This document shows, piece by piece, positions 41,016 to 51,999 of a stretch of 64,000 bases of DNA. The notes under the pieces were generated by a model. The model saw nothing but the letters and a program-made list of their open reading frames with translations. It had not been told where the DNA came from and ran no database searches. Each line of letters starts with the position of its first letter. The first letter of the stretch is position 1. The stretch covers positions 32,001 through 96,000 of the forward strand of contig CAWGJT010000009.1 of NCBI GenBank assembly GCA_963822965.1. The letters are read 5' to 3'. The stretch is from an uncultured delta proteobacterium (GTDB taxonomy: Bacteria; Myxococcota_A; UBA9160; UBA4427). A program made the position numbers and the translations under genes.

Positions 41016-43192
41016 GGGACGGCTCCGCGAGCGATCGACTGCTGCGGGCGACGGATCTCGTCTGCGACGGGACGGTGGGGGCGTTCGCGATCTGGACCGT
41101 GTGCTGCCACGCCGCCGTCTTCACCGGACAGGGGCTCGACACGCTGATTGCGATCGCGTCGCTCGCCCTGGGCGCCGCGGCTCTCGGGGGCGTCCTGCTC
41201 GCCCGGGCGATCGGCCGCCGCGGGAGGCCCGGGACGCCGGCGTCCTCCTCCGATCCGGCTGCGCCGCCCGTCCCCTCCTCCACGCCGGCGCCAGGCCTCC
41301 GACTCGCGGTGGCGGCGGTGGCCGCCGGCTGCGCGGCGGCCGCCGCGGCGGGAGCGCCGCTCGTGGCGGTGTGGAGCGTGGCCCTCACCCTGCTGCTGGG
41401 CCTCGGCCTGCGCGAGCTGGCAACCGCGAGCGCGCCGCAGACCGCGGCCCACGCGACCCCGGGCGCTCTGGCGTGGCTGGTCGCGCTCGCGCTCCTGTCC
41501 GTCGTCGCGACCCTGTGCGCGCACCGTCCGGACGCCGACGACGGCTTCTACCTCGACCTCGCGGTGGCGGCGGCCGACGCGCCGCGAGCGGCGCTGCTCG
41601 CGGGTGACACCCTCCACCGGGTGGCCGGCGTTCCCCTGGCGCTGCCCGTCTACCGCGTGCACTCCCTCGAGCTGCTGCAGGCGGCGATCGCGCGCATCGG
41701 CGGCCTCCCGGTGCTCGACGTCGCGCACCTGGCGCTTCCGGCGTTCGCCGCGCTGCTCCTGCCCTTCGCGTACGCGCGGCTCCTCCGCAGCCTGACGCCG
41801 CGAGCGTGGCCCTGGGCGCTGGGCGTCGCAACGGGCTTCCTCCTCTTCTCGGCGACGGCGAGCCACGGCTGGGCGAACTTCGGGATCGTTCGGCTGCACC
41901 AGGGCAAGGCGATCCTGCTGTCCCTGGCGCTCCCCCTCACCGTCGCCTACGCGATCGAGTTCGCGCGGGCGGGCGGAGGGGTGCGCTTCGTGAAGCTCGC
42001 GGCCGTGCAGATCGGCGCCGTCGGCCTGAGCGCCTCCGGGCTCTGGCTCGCTCCCGCGGTGGCCGCCCCCGCGCTCCTCGCCGGGCTGCCCGACCGCCCG
42101 AACGGCGCGGCACTTCGGCGCCTGGGCCTGGGCCTCCTCGCTTCCGCGTACGTGCTCGGACTGGCGCTGGCGCTGCGGGGCGCGACCGCCGCGGCCTTCC
42201 GCGACGCGGCGGTTCCGAGCCCGGAGCTCGAGAGCGGCAGCGTGCAGCTGGCCACCCAGGCCCTGCGGGCCGTGCTCGGTCCGGGGCTGCCGGGATTCCT
42301 CGCGCTCTTCGTCGCGCTCGGGGCCTGGAGCTTTGCGAGCAACGCCCTCGCCCGCCGGCTGTGCGCGTTCTCGAGCCTCGCCACCCTGATCCTGTGGAAT
42401 CCCCTTGCGGCGCAGTCGCTCGCCGCCTGGCTCACGAGCGCGCCCACCTACTGGCGGGTGCTGTGGCTGCTCCCGCTGCCGGCGCTCTTCGCGCTGGTCC
42501 TGACGGCGCCGCTCGAAGCGACGGGCGGTCCCCTCTCCCGCCCCGTGCGCGCCGCCGCGGTCGTCGCCGCGGCGGCGCTCGTGTTCGGCGCTGGCTTCTG
42601 GCAGGCGCCGCGCGCGCTCACGCTTTCGGCCGCCAACCACGTGCGTCTGGGGGCGCCGGGATGGAAGATCCCCCGGGCCGAGCTGGCCGCCGTCCGCAGC
42701 ATCACGACCGGCGCGAGCGAGAACGACGTCGTCCTCGCCCCGCGGCGCGTGGCACCCTGGATTCCCGCCTTCCACCGCCATCCGACGCCCCTGGTCGTGC
42801 GCATCGAGTATCTGCCGGTGCTCTACGAGAAGCTCGGCCCCGACGAGCTCGCCCGCCGCGTCCAGCTCCTGCGGCTCGTCTCGGGCGAGCGCCGGGTGCC
42901 CCTGGCGGACGATCTGCTGCGCAACGCCATCTCTCAGGACGGGATCTCCATCGTCTGCCTGGCAGCGGCGGCGCGGCGGTGGCCCGACGTGACCGCCGTG
43001 CTGGTGGACTCCGGGTTCCAGAAGATCCACGCGGACGCCGATTACGAGGTCTGGAGACGAGCGCGAGACCGGGAGACGGTCCGGGAGGCGACCGCGCCTT
43101 CGAGCCGCCCCCCCGACCCGGGGACCCGGGCCGGGAGCGCCGAGCAGGGCCCGACACGGGGTCGCCAGGAAGGGGGAGGGAGAGGCCTGTGA
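41012..43192 (+). CDS. Polytopic membrane protein, DUF6077-like / GT-C candidate
   Basis: HRPDADDGFY after the N-terminal TMs, RLHQGK, TYWRVLWLLP; GTG start overlaps the upstream TGA. Confidence 0.6.
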   Translation: MRDGSASDRLLRATDLVCDGTVGAFAIWTVCCHAAVFTGQGLDTLIAIASLALGAAALGGVLLARAIGRRGRPGTPASSSDPAAPPVPSSTPAPGLRLAVAAVAAGCAAAAAAGAPLVAVWSVALTLLLGLGLRELATASAPQTAAHATPGALAWLVALALLSVVATLCAHRPDADDGFYLDLAVAAADAPRAALLAGDTLHRVAGVPLALPVYRVHSLELLQAAIARIGGLPVLDVAHLALPAFAALLLPFAYARLLRSLTPRAWPWALGVATGFLLFSATASHGWANFGIVRLHQGKAILLSLALPLTVAYAIEFARAGGGVRFVKLAAVQIGAVGLSASGLWLAPAVAAPALLAGLPDRPNGAALRRLGLGLLASAYVLGLALALRGATAAAFRDAAVPSPELESGSVQLATQALRAVLGPGLPGFLALFVALGAWSFASNALARRLCAFSSLATLILWNPLAAQSLAAWLTSAPTYWRVLWLLPLPALFALVLTAPLEATGGPLSRPVRAAAVVAAAALVFGAGFWQAPRALTLSAANHVRLGAPGWKIPRAELAAVRSITTGASENDVVLAPRRVAPWIPAFHRHPTPLVVRIEYLPVLYEKLGPDELARRVQLLRLVSGERRVPLADDLLRNAISQDGISIVCLAAAARRWPDVTAVLVDSGFQKIHADADYEVWRRARDRETVREATAPSSRPPDPGTRAGSAEQGPTRGRQEGGGRGL

Positions 43193-43214
43193 TAGCCTGC
43201 CGAGCGCATCCAAG

Positions 43215-44180
43215 ATGATCGCCGTCGTCATCCCCTGCTATCGCGTCAAGGATCAGATCCTCGACGTCCTCTCCGGAATCGGTCCGGAGTGCTCCGCGAT
43301 CTACGTCGTCGACGACGGCTGCCCGGAGGGCACCGCGGACCACGTCGAGGCGGAGTGCCGCGACCCGCGCGTGCGCGTGCTGCGCCACGGCACCAACCAG
43401 GGCGTCGGCGCGGCCACCCTCACCGGCTATCGCGCCGCCTTCGAGGCCGGGGCGGACGTGATCGTGAAGCTCGACGGGGACGGACAGATGGATCCCACCT
43501 GGATCCCCCGTCTCGTGCGGCCCATCCAGGACGGCGAGGCGGACTACGTCAAGGGCAACCGCTTCTTCGAGCTGGACGGTCTCGATTCGATGCCGCGCAT
43601 CCGCGTCCTGGGCAACTCGATCCTCTCCTTCGCGAGCAAGCTCTCGAGCGGCTACTGGAACGTCTTCGATCCCACCAACGGATTCACCGCGATCCACGCC
43701 GCCGTCGCGCGCCGCCTTCCCTTCGCGAAGCTGGCGACCCGCTACTTCTTCGAGTCCGACCTGCTCTTCCGGCTCGGCATCCTGCGCGCGGTGGTGTGCG
43801 AGGTCCCCATGCCCGCCGTCTATCGCGACGAGCCGAGCAGCCTGGTGATCCGGCACGTGCTGGGCGAGTTCGCCTGGAAGCATCTCGCAAACACCGCCAA
43901 GCGCATCTTCTACTGCTACTACCTGCGCAACTTCAACATCGCCTCCATCGAGATCGTGGCCGGGGTGGCCTTCCTCACGTTCGGCGTCTGGTTCGGCCTC
44001 TCGGAGTGGATCGCGGGGACCCGTGCGAACGTTCCCGCGACGAGCGGCACGGTGATGGTGGCCGCACTGCCGGTGATCGTGGGCGTGCAGCTGATCCTCG
44101 CCTTCCTGAGCTACGACCTCCAGAACGTTCCGCGCGAGACCTTGCACCGGCGTCTGGAGCCCGCGCCGTCGAAGTCGTGA
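43215..44180 (+). CDS. GT2 polyprenol-phosphate glycosyltransferase with two C-terminal TM helices (GtrB/DPM-like)
   Basis: VIPCYR, VDDGCP, NQGVG, KLDGDGQMDP, KGNRF, DPTNGF, FESD. Confidence 0.9.
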   Translation: MIAVVIPCYRVKDQILDVLSGIGPECSAIYVVDDGCPEGTADHVEAECRDPRVRVLRHGTNQGVGAATLTGYRAAFEAGADVIVKLDGDGQMDPTWIPRLVRPIQDGEADYVKGNRFFELDGLDSMPRIRVLGNSILSFASKLSSGYWNVFDPTNGFTAIHAAVARRLPFAKLATRYFFESDLLFRLGILRAVVCEVPMPAVYRDEPSSLVIRHVLGEFAWKHLANTAKRIFYCYYLRNFNIASIEIVAGVAFLTFGVWFGLSEWIAGTRANVPATSGTVMVAALPVIVGVQLILAFLSYDLQNVPRETLHRRLEPAPSKS

Positions 44181-44190
44181 GGAGCGTGCG

Positions 44191-45201
44191 GTGAAGGTCC
44201 GACGCCTGGTCTCGATCGCCCTGCGCCTCGGGGTTGCGGCCGCGAGCCTCGCACTGGCCTTCCGGATGGCGCTCGCGGGAAGCGAGCAGGGCATCTTCGC
44301 GGCGCTGGTCGGCGCCTTTCGGGTGCCTCCCGCGCAGGCCGTGCGGTGGTTCGCCGGGGCGTTCTCGATCCTGGGGGTGAGCCTGGGAATCGGCGCCGTG
44401 CGCTTCCGCGTGCTGCTGCGCGGCGCGGGCCTCGACATCGGGCTCGCGATCCTGTTTCGCGCCTACCTGGTGGCGACCTTCTTCAACCTCGTGCTTCCCG
44501 GCGCGATCCTGGGAGACGTCTACCGCTTCTTCGACGCCAGGCGAAGCACGGGAGAGGGTGCGCGCGTGCTCGGCGTCGTCGTGATGGAGCGCCTGCTGAG
44601 CCTGGCCGCGCTCGGGAGCATCGCGCTGGCGGTGGCGCCGACGATCTCCGGGATCCACGAGGACCGCCGGCTCCTGGGGTGGCTCGTCGCCGCGGGGGGC
44701 GGCTTCGTGGCGGCCGCGCTCGCCGCGCTGACGCCCCTGGTGAACCGCTGGCTGGTGCGGGTTGCCCGCCGCCTCGGCGGTGTCTCGCCGCGGGTCGCCC
44801 TGGCCGGCGAACGCTCCCTCGACGCCGTCGCCGGTCTCGCCGCTCGCCGTGCGGTCGTGGCCCGGGCCTTCGCCCTGAGCCTCGTCAACCAGGGTCTTCC
44901 CGTGCTGGCGGTGGCGGTGCTCGCCGTCCCCCTCGACGCGCTGGTGCCGTGGTACTGGTTCGCGGTGATCGTTCCCTTCGTGACGCTGGTATCGCTGCTG
45001 CCCGTCAGCATCGGCGGGACCGGGGTGCGCGAGCTCCTCTACGTCTCGCTCTTCGGCGCCGTGGGGATGCGCGCGGAGGCGGCTCTCGCCCTCTCGCTCT
45101 CGGTGATGGCGGCCGCCGTCCTGTGGGGCGCCGTCGGACTCGTCGTATTCGCGACCGGGCGCCGCGACCCGGCGCTCCAGACGAGCGTCGCCGAGGTCTG
45201 A
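44191..45201 (+). CDS. Lysylphosphatidylglycerol-synthase-TM / UPF0104 flippase-like protein
   Basis: RF..LL, FFNLVLPG..GDVYR, ER, LPVSIGG.GVRE. Confidence 0.85.
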   Translation: MKVRRLVSIALRLGVAAASLALAFRMALAGSEQGIFAALVGAFRVPPAQAVRWFAGAFSILGVSLGIGAVRFRVLLRGAGLDIGLAILFRAYLVATFFNLVLPGAILGDVYRFFDARRSTGEGARVLGVVVMERLLSLAALGSIALAVAPTISGIHEDRRLLGWLVAAGGGFVAAALAALTPLVNRWLVRVARRLGGVSPRVALAGERSLDAVAGLAARRAVVARAFALSLVNQGLPVLAVAVLAVPLDALVPWYWFAVIVPFVTLVSLLPVSIGGTGVRELLYVSLFGAVGMRAEAALALSLSVMAAAVLWGAVGLVVFATGRRDPALQTSVAEV

Positions 45202-45204
45202 CCC

Positions 45205-46110
45205 GTGCAGGAGATCGGCATCGCCATCCCCTTCTACCGCAACCTCGACTACCTGCGGAGCGCCGTCGAGAGCGTCGTGGCCCAGTCGTCCCCTGCGTGG
45301 CGGCTCACGGTCGTCGACGATTCCGGGCGCGGAGAGCGGGAGGAGAGCGTGCGCGAGCTCGTCGACTCGTTCCGGGACGGTCGCATCGCGTACCAGCGCA
45401 ACCCCGAGACCCTGGGAATGGTCTCCAACTGGAATCGCTGCATCGATCGCGTGCAGAGCCCGCTCGTCAGCCTGCTGCACGGCGACGACCGGCTGCTCCC
45501 GAGCTACGTAGCGGAGATGGGGCGCTGCGCCGAGGCCCATCCCGACGCGGTGGCCCTCTACTGCGGCGCGGAGATCATCGACGCGTCCGGCCGCGGCGTC
45601 TTCTCTCTACCCGATCGCATCAAGGGCTGGCTCGAGCCGAGCGGCGGCGACGGCAGCAGCGTCCTGCGCGGACAGCCGGGAGCCACGGCGCTGATGCGTG
45701 GCAACTTCATCATGTGCCCCACCCTGTGCTTCCGGCGCGCCGTGCTCGGCCAACGCCGCTTCGACCACGGCTGGGAGCAGGTGCAGGACCTCGAGCTGAC
45801 GATCCGCCTGCTGATGGAAGGCGAGACCATCGCCGGGTCGCCGGCGGTCGCGTACGCGTATCGGCGCCACGAGGAGAGCGCCACGTCGGTGCATTCCGAG
45901 AGTCGACTTCGCTTCGACGAGGAGATCCGCCTCTTCGACCTGATCGCCGACCGCGCCGAGGCGTTGGGCTGGTCCGAGACGGCGCGCGTAGCGCGGGGCA
46001 AGCGCATCGTGAAGCTCCACCTGCTGTACCGCGCGCTGCGGGCGCTCGCGCGGGGTCGCCTGGGCGGCGCCGCGAGTACCCTGCGCTACCTGGTGTCCCA
46101 TTGGTCGTAG
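45205..46110 (+). CDS. GT2 glycosyltransferase
   Basis: IPFY, VVDDS, NWNRC, LHGDD, QDLEL, YRRH..S. Confidence 0.88.
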   Translation: MQEIGIAIPFYRNLDYLRSAVESVVAQSSPAWRLTVVDDSGRGEREESVRELVDSFRDGRIAYQRNPETLGMVSNWNRCIDRVQSPLVSLLHGDDRLLPSYVAEMGRCAEAHPDAVALYCGAEIIDASGRGVFSLPDRIKGWLEPSGGDGSSVLRGQPGATALMRGNFIMCPTLCFRRAVLGQRRFDHGWEQVQDLELTIRLLMEGETIAGSPAVAYAYRRHEESATSVHSESRLRFDEEIRLFDLIADRAEALGWSETARVARGKRIVKLHLLYRALRALARGRLGGAASTLRYLVSHWS

Positions 46111-46892
46111 ACGGCGGCGAGCGCCCCGGCGCTCTCCTCGCAACCGGGCTGCGAGCCTTGCGCGCGGCCGGGCGCCAGCTCGAGTGGCGCGCCCTGCGGC
46201 TCGGGCGCGGACGCTGTCCGCTCTGCGACGGGCGCTTCTTCGTCCGCTTCTCGCGGGATCTCCTGGGAACCCGGTGCCTCGCCTGTGGCGCGTCTCCCAT
46301 CTCCACCGCCATCGGCTCGGTGGTGGGTCGCCGGGTCCCCGACCTCGCCCAGGCCCGGGTCCTGGAGCTCTCGTCCCGCGGTCCCTTCCACGCCTTCCTC
46401 CGGCGCACCCTGGCGGGTGGTCGCGGCGCGCTCACGGACTGCGAGTACTTCGACGATCTCGAGCCGGGAGGCTGGCGCGACGGCGTCCAGTGCCAGGACG
46501 TGCAGCGCCTCACCTACGCCGACGCCTCGTTCGACCTGTGCACGAGCACCGAGGTCTTCGAGCACGTCCCGGACGACGCCCGGGGCTTCGGCGAGCTCTT
46601 CCGGGTGCTGGCGCCCGGGGGCTTGCTGGTCTTCACGGTGCCCCTCTCGTCCCGGGAGGAGACCGTCGAGCGCGCTCGTCGGGTGGACGGCGCGCTCGTC
46701 CACCTGCAGGAGCCCAGCTACCACGACGACCTCATCCGCGGCGCCGCACGGGTGCTCGTCTACCGCGACTACGGCCGCGACGTGACCACCCGGGTCGCCC
46801 GAGCGGGATTCGCGGACGCACGCATCGAGAGCGTCCCGGACCCGGCGGGCTTCGGATGCGTCGCCCAGGTGGTGGTGGCGCGCAAGCCCTGA
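46101..46892 (+). CDS. Class I SAM-dependent methyltransferase (type 11) with N-terminal Cys pairs
   Basis: CPLC and CLAC; DVQRLTYADASFD, EVFEHV, RVLAPGG; TTG start inferred. Confidence 0.8.
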   Translation: MVVDGGERPGALLATGLRALRAAGRQLEWRALRLGRGRCPLCDGRFFVRFSRDLLGTRCLACGASPISTAIGSVVGRRVPDLAQARVLELSSRGPFHAFLRRTLAGGRGALTDCEYFDDLEPGGWRDGVQCQDVQRLTYADASFDLCTSTEVFEHVPDDARGFGELFRVLAPGGLLVFTVPLSSREETVERARRVDGALVHLQEPSYHDDLIRGAARVLVYRDYGRDVTTRVARAGFADARIESVPDPAGFGCVAQVVVARKP

Positions 46893-46899
46893 GCGCTCA

Positions 46900-47058
46900 G
46901 AGCCTGTGAAGGAATCCTCGACCGAGTCAGGCGCTGCGCCGGTGGGTCGGATGCAAGGCGCGACGACGAGGCGTAGCGCGCCTACGGCGAGGAGGAGCAA
47001 CGCCGCAGACGGCCCGCCGCCGCGAGCCTGGCGACCGAGAGGATTCCTTCACAGGCTC
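46900..47058. mobile_element. MITE (159 bp, non-autonomous), 20-bp perfect TIRs, 3-bp TCA target duplication
   Basis: GAGCCTGTGAAGGAATCCTC (46900-46919) and GAGGATTCCTTCACAGGCTC (47039-47058), flanked by TCA at 46897-46899 and 47059-47061; no transposase ORF inside. Confidence 0.85.
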
Positions 47059-48600
47059 TCAGTCCCGCGGCACCCACAGCGTGCCCGACCGGATGTGCGC
47101 GCCGGAGATGGGAACGAAGAGGTTCACGTCCTCGAAGAGGAAGCCCTGCAGCCGGTAGTGCTGCTCGAGGAAGCCGTCTCCCAGGTAGCGCCGCACGAAG
47201 GCGGTGTTGCTGTCGACGATCGCCGCGAAGCGCCGGTCGGCGACCGCCCGGCGGTAGGACTCGAGGAGCGGCGCGGCACCGGCCAGACCGCTCCTGGCCC
47301 AGTCCGAGACGGGCATCTGGTGGGCGTAGACGCGCTTGCCCGCGCGGCCGGCCAGGTAGCCTTCGACGGGCATCAGCACCTCGCCGTCCAGGGCCGCGAT
47401 CCGCGCCTGCAGGGCGCGGCCGGCGGCCCGGTCGGCGGGACCCGGCACCCAGCCCCGGGGCACCCGGAAGAGCACCGCCAGCTGCAGCGCCAGCGCGAGG
47501 GCGACGACGAGGCCCAGCCGACGGGCGGCGGCCGGGGACGCGAAGCGGGCCTGCAGGCGGGCGATTCCGACGCCGGTCATCACGGCGAGCCAGGCGTAGG
47601 TGGGGATCAGGTTGTTCGCTGCCCCGCCCACCTTGAGACGCGGAATCAGCGAGGCGAGCAGCACGCCGACGAGCGCCACGACGTAGAAGCCGTCCCATGC
47701 GCGAACGGATTCCGGCCTTCCATCGGGCTCCGACCGGAGCAGCAGCAGCCAGGCGACCGTCGCCACACACAGAACCGGCACCGCCAGCAGCAGGTCGTGC
47801 CCGAAGAAGACGCCGAAGCGGCCGGCCTGGATGCTGTGCCTCTGCTGCACGCTCACGATGTGGACGAGGAAGTGCTCGTCGACGATCCCGTTCAGCAGCA
47901 GGGTGGCGGTGCCCACGCCCGCCGCCAGCGGGAGGCCATACCACACGAAGCGCTGCCACTCGGCGAAGCGGCGCAGAGATCGGCCGTGGGCGCGCCAGTC
48001 CGCCCACGCACACCAGAGGGCCACCGGCGCCACTACGACCGCACCGGTCTGCTTCGTCATGACGGCCAGGGTCGCCGCCGCCGCGGCCGTCAGGAGCCCG
48101 GCCCGACCGCGCTGGAAGCGCAGCAGATAGAGCGACGCCAGCAGCGCGAACGCGAACAGCGAATCGAGCCGGGCGACGTCGAAGTAGAGCCCCGACGCCC
48201 GCCACGTGGCGAGGAAGACGCCCGCGGCGATCGCCCCCAGCACGAGACGCCCCGTCTCCCGCTGGACGAAGCGCAGCACCACGAAGGCCACGCCCAGAGA
48301 GGAGACCAGGGAGATCCCGCGCAGCACGGCGAAGCCCGGGCCGGTCACCTGGGAGACCAGCGCCGCCAGGTAGTAGTAGAAGGGCGGATACGGGAACGGC
48401 ACGAAGTCGATGGTCGGATCGACGTAGAGAGGCTGGCCGCGGAGCACCCGCAGCAGGTGCTCGAGGGAGCCGGGCTCCATCCACTCGAGCTCGAAGGGAT
48501 AGACGAGACGCTGGCTGGCCAGGACGAGATAGAGCGCCGCATACCCCGCCGCCGCGACGACGCACAGCCCCAGGATGATGCGTTCGAGACGCTCCGGCAC
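47059..48600 (-). CDS. GT-C glycosyltransferase candidate (ArnT/GT39-like)
   Basis: ELEWMEPG, YPPFY, ARLDSL, TKQT, KVGG..N; about 11 TM segments. Confidence 0.7.
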   Translation of the reverse strand: MPERLERIILGLCVVAAAGYAALYLVLASQRLVYPFELEWMEPGSLEHLLRVLRGQPLYVDPTIDFVPFPYPPFYYYLAALVSQVTGPGFAVLRGISLVSSLGVAFVVLRFVQRETGRLVLGAIAAGVFLATWRASGLYFDVARLDSLFAFALLASLYLLRFQRGRAGLLTAAAAATLAVMTKQTGAVVVAPVALWCAWADWRAHGRSLRRFAEWQRFVWYGLPLAAGVGTATLLLNGIVDEHFLVHIVSVQQRHSIQAGRFGVFFGHDLLLAVPVLCVATVAWLLLLRSEPDGRPESVRAWDGFYVVALVGVLLASLIPRLKVGGAANNLIPTYAWLAVMTGVGIARLQARFASPAAARRLGLVVALALALQLAVLFRVPRGWVPGPADRAAGRALQARIAALDGEVLMPVEGYLAGRAGKRVYAHQMPVSDWARSGLAGAAPLLESYRRAVADRRFAAIVDSNTAFVRRYLGDGFLEQHYRLQGFLFEDVNLFVPISGAHIRSGTLWVPRD

Positions 48601-48690
48601 GGCGGAAGCTTATCGCAGCGATCTCCTGGTTCGGCGTCGTCCCGGCTCCCGCGCGGCGCGCACACGGTCGATCCCCTACGTTCCGCCGCC

Positions 48691-50214
48691 ATGGACGCGG
48701 CCCCTCGCGGATCGCGAAGCGAACGGCGAATCGCCGTGTGGCTCGGCTGCACGGGCTTCCTGCTCTTTCTGCTGCCCCACCACGGACACTTCAAGGGAAG
48801 CGACGAGCTCGCGGTCTACGAGATGGCTCGCTCCCTCTACGAACGCGGCGACCTGGCCGTACCGCCCCTGCGGCACACGGAGGTCGGCGCGGACGGCCGC
48901 CGCTACAGCTACTTCGCCCCCGGGCAGTCGGTGCTGGTGCTGCCGCTCTTCGCCCTGGCCCGACCCCTGCGCTCGCTGCTGCCCGAGGGCGTGGTGCGGG
49001 CCGCCGCCGGTCCGCCGAACCAGCGCGGCGCCTACCGCTTCGGCGGCGAGCTCGAGGCCACCCTCGTCGGGCTCTTCGCCCCCGGCATGGCGGCGCTGCT
49101 GCTGGTGGTCTTCTACGTCTTCGAACGCGACATCGGCGTGCCGGCGCGGATCGCCGTGGGCGTCGCGCTCGCGCTGGCCGTCTCGACCCACCTGCTGGTG
49201 CTCTCCAACTATCTGCTGCGGCACACCACCGAGTCGGTGACGCTGCTGGGAGCGATGCTCTGCTTTCGCCGCTTCGGGCGCGGGGCCTCGCTCGGCGTCC
49301 TCGCGCGGGGGAAGCGCGCTCGCGTCGGCGACCCTGCTCGTGCGGGTGCCGGCCGCCATCGCGGCGCCGGCCCTGGCCGGCTACCTGGCCAGCGTGCTGT
49401 GGCGGCGGGGGGAGCTTCGCGCACGACCGACGAGGCAGGCACGGGTGCTGGCCGCCGTCCTGCTCCCCCTCGCGATCGCCCTGGCGCTGCACGCTCTCAC
49501 GAACGAGGTGCGCTGGGGAACCTGGCTCGCGTCGCCCATGGTCGGCCAGGAGAGCCGCTTCAACCATCCGCTGTGGCGCGGTCTGGCGGGCCTGCTGCTG
49601 AGCCCCGGCTCGAGCGTCTTCGTCTACTCGCCGCTCCTGCTGCTCGCGCCGCTCGGCCTGGCAGCCCTGTGGCGACGGGACCGGGCACTCGTCCTCACCG
49701 CCCTGGCGCTCGCGTGCACCTGGCTCGTCTTCTACGCCCGCTTCGACGGCTGGAGCGGGCTGTGGTCCGCCCCGGGTCCCCGCTACCTCTTCTTCCTGGT
49801 GCCGCTTCTGCTGTTGCCGCTCGGGCTCTGGCTGGCGGCGCCGAACGGCTGGCTCACCCGGCGCGGCCGCCTCGCCACCGTGACCCTGCTGGTCGTCGCC
49901 GGCGTCTTCGTCCAGGTGGTCTCGACGCTGGTGCGCTGGGGCTCGGTGCCGAACCTCGCCGGCTATCCCGTGCTCGCGCCGGACGAGGCGGACTTCCTCT
50001 TCCACGTCTCCCGCAGCCCGGTGGTGGTGATGGCGGGCCTGCTCGCCGAGCGGCGGGCCGATCGATTCCTGGCTGTGGAATCTCTGGCACGGCTGGCCGG
50101 GCTTTCCGGGGCACCCGGGCACGGTGATCGCCCTGCTGCTCGCCTGGGGAGCGGCGCTCACGGGCTGTGCGGTGGGCCTGCGCGCCGCCCTGCGGTCGCG
50201 AAGGAGTCGCCTGA
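48691..50214 (+). CDS. GT-C-like polytopic membrane protein (frameshifted)
   Basis: GSDE after TM1, YS.F.PGQS, LLSPG.S.FVYSP, W.G...PGPRYL. Confidence 0.6.
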
Positions 50215-50215
50215 G

Positions 50216-51989
50216 GTGACCGCGTCCGGCGCGGAGCACGGTACGCGCCGGGTGGACCCTGGGCCTGGCGGCCGTCGGCGCCGCCGCCCTGGTGGCCGGC
50301 GGCGCGCTGCTGCAGCCGGGCTTCTACGATTCCCACGACGGACTCCTCAACGTCCACCGTCTGTTCGAGCTCGAGCGGTGCGTGGCCGACGGGCAGCTTC
50401 CCTGCCGCTGGGTGCCCGACATGGGCGCCGGCTACGGCTATCCGCTCTTCGACTTCTACCCGCCCCTGGCCAGCCACGTCGCGCTCGTCCTGCACGCGCT
50501 CGGCCTCTCGCTGCTGGGCGCGGTGAAGGGCGCCTTCCTGCTGGCTCTCGTGGTGGCGGCGATCTCGATGTTCGCGCTGGCACGGGAGTGCTTCGGTAAC
50601 GGCCGGAGGACTGGCGGCGGCGGTCCTCTACGTCTTCGCTCCCTACCAGGCCGTGGACGTCTTCGTGCGCGGTGCCCTGGCGGAGAGCTGGGGGCTGGCG
50701 CTGGTCCCCTTCGTCTTCTGGACCGGTAGACGCACGGTCGTGTCGCCCGGCCGGCGAGGCGCTGCGGTCCTGGCATGCGCGGTGGCGTGGGCCTTGCTGC
50801 TCCTCGCCCACGACGTCACCGCGCTGATGGCGGCACCCTTCTACGCCGGCTGGCTCGTGCTGTGGCTCGTGCGAGCGGGCCGCGAGCGGCCGGGCACCGG
50901 GCGCAGGCTCGGGGCCCTCGTGGTGGCGCACGCCCTGGCGTTGGCCATGGCCGCCTGGTTCGTGCTGCCGTCGCTCCTGGAGCTTCGCTACGTCCATGCC
51001 GACACGCTCGTCTCCCTTATCCCTGGGCGCGCTTCGAGAACAACTTCCTGTCCGCGCGCGAGGTCTTCGCCCTCTGGCCGCGCTGGGGCTACGGGGCCTT
51101 CCGCACCCCGGACGGCATGGCGCTCTTCGTCGGGCCCGTGCAGCTGCTGGTGGGAACGGGCGCGGCGCGTGGCTGGCGTGCGGGTGCTCGCGCGACGCAG
51201 CTCGGCGACGCCGGCGCGGCGGCGCTCTTCCTCGGCGGGGCGGGCTGCTGGCGGCGACAATGACCCTGGCGGGGTCGCGTCCCGTCTGGGAGGCGGTGCC
51301 GCCCCTCGCGTTCCTGCAGTTTCCCTGGCGCTTCCTCGCCGTCGCGAGCTTCGGCCTCTCCTTCGCCGGCGGTTGGATCGGCGGACGGCTGGCGACGCGG
51401 CCCGGGGCCGCCTGGGGCGTGACGGCGGCGGTGTCCTGGTCGCCATCGCCGTCTCGTGGGGCTGGTTCCGGCCGTAGGCCATGCACGTGGTTCGGGACGA
51501 GGTGCTGGCGAACCAGCGCGAGGTAGCGAAGGCCCGCCATGGTCTCTTCGACTTCCTGCCCCGCAGCGTCGATATGCCGAGACCTTCCTGGCGAGCCCGC
51601 CGCCCCTGCAGCCGCCTCCGGTCGAGACCGCGAGCGGCGACGTCTCGTTCGACACGGCGGGTGCGGGCCAGCGATCGCGTCACCTTCGACGCGGACGTGA
51701 AGGGACCGGCGCCGGCCGTGGTCCGCATCAACGTCTACGGTTCCCGGGCTGGACACTCGAGGTGGACGGCGAGCCCGCGGCCTTCGTCTCACACGACGAC
51801 TCGCTGGGCCGCCTCCACGTGGAGCTCCCACCCGGCCGCCATCGGGTGGCGGCGCGCTTCACGAACACGCCGGTCCGCAGCGCGGGCAACGTCGTCTCGC
51901 TCGTCGCCACGATGTTGGCCTGCCTCTGGCTCGGCGTCGTCCTGCGGGCGACGGCGCGAGCCGGGGCTCGAACCCCGCCGGCAGGGTAG
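50216..51989 (+). CDS. PTPS-related/YfhO-like GT-C membrane protein (multiple frameshifts)
   Basis: SHD...HR, RWVPDMGAGYGYPLFDFYPPL, RGALAE, LQFPWRFL, FPGW...VDG, G.H.V..RF.NTPVR. Confidence 0.7.
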
Positions 51990-51999
51990 AACTCCCGCC

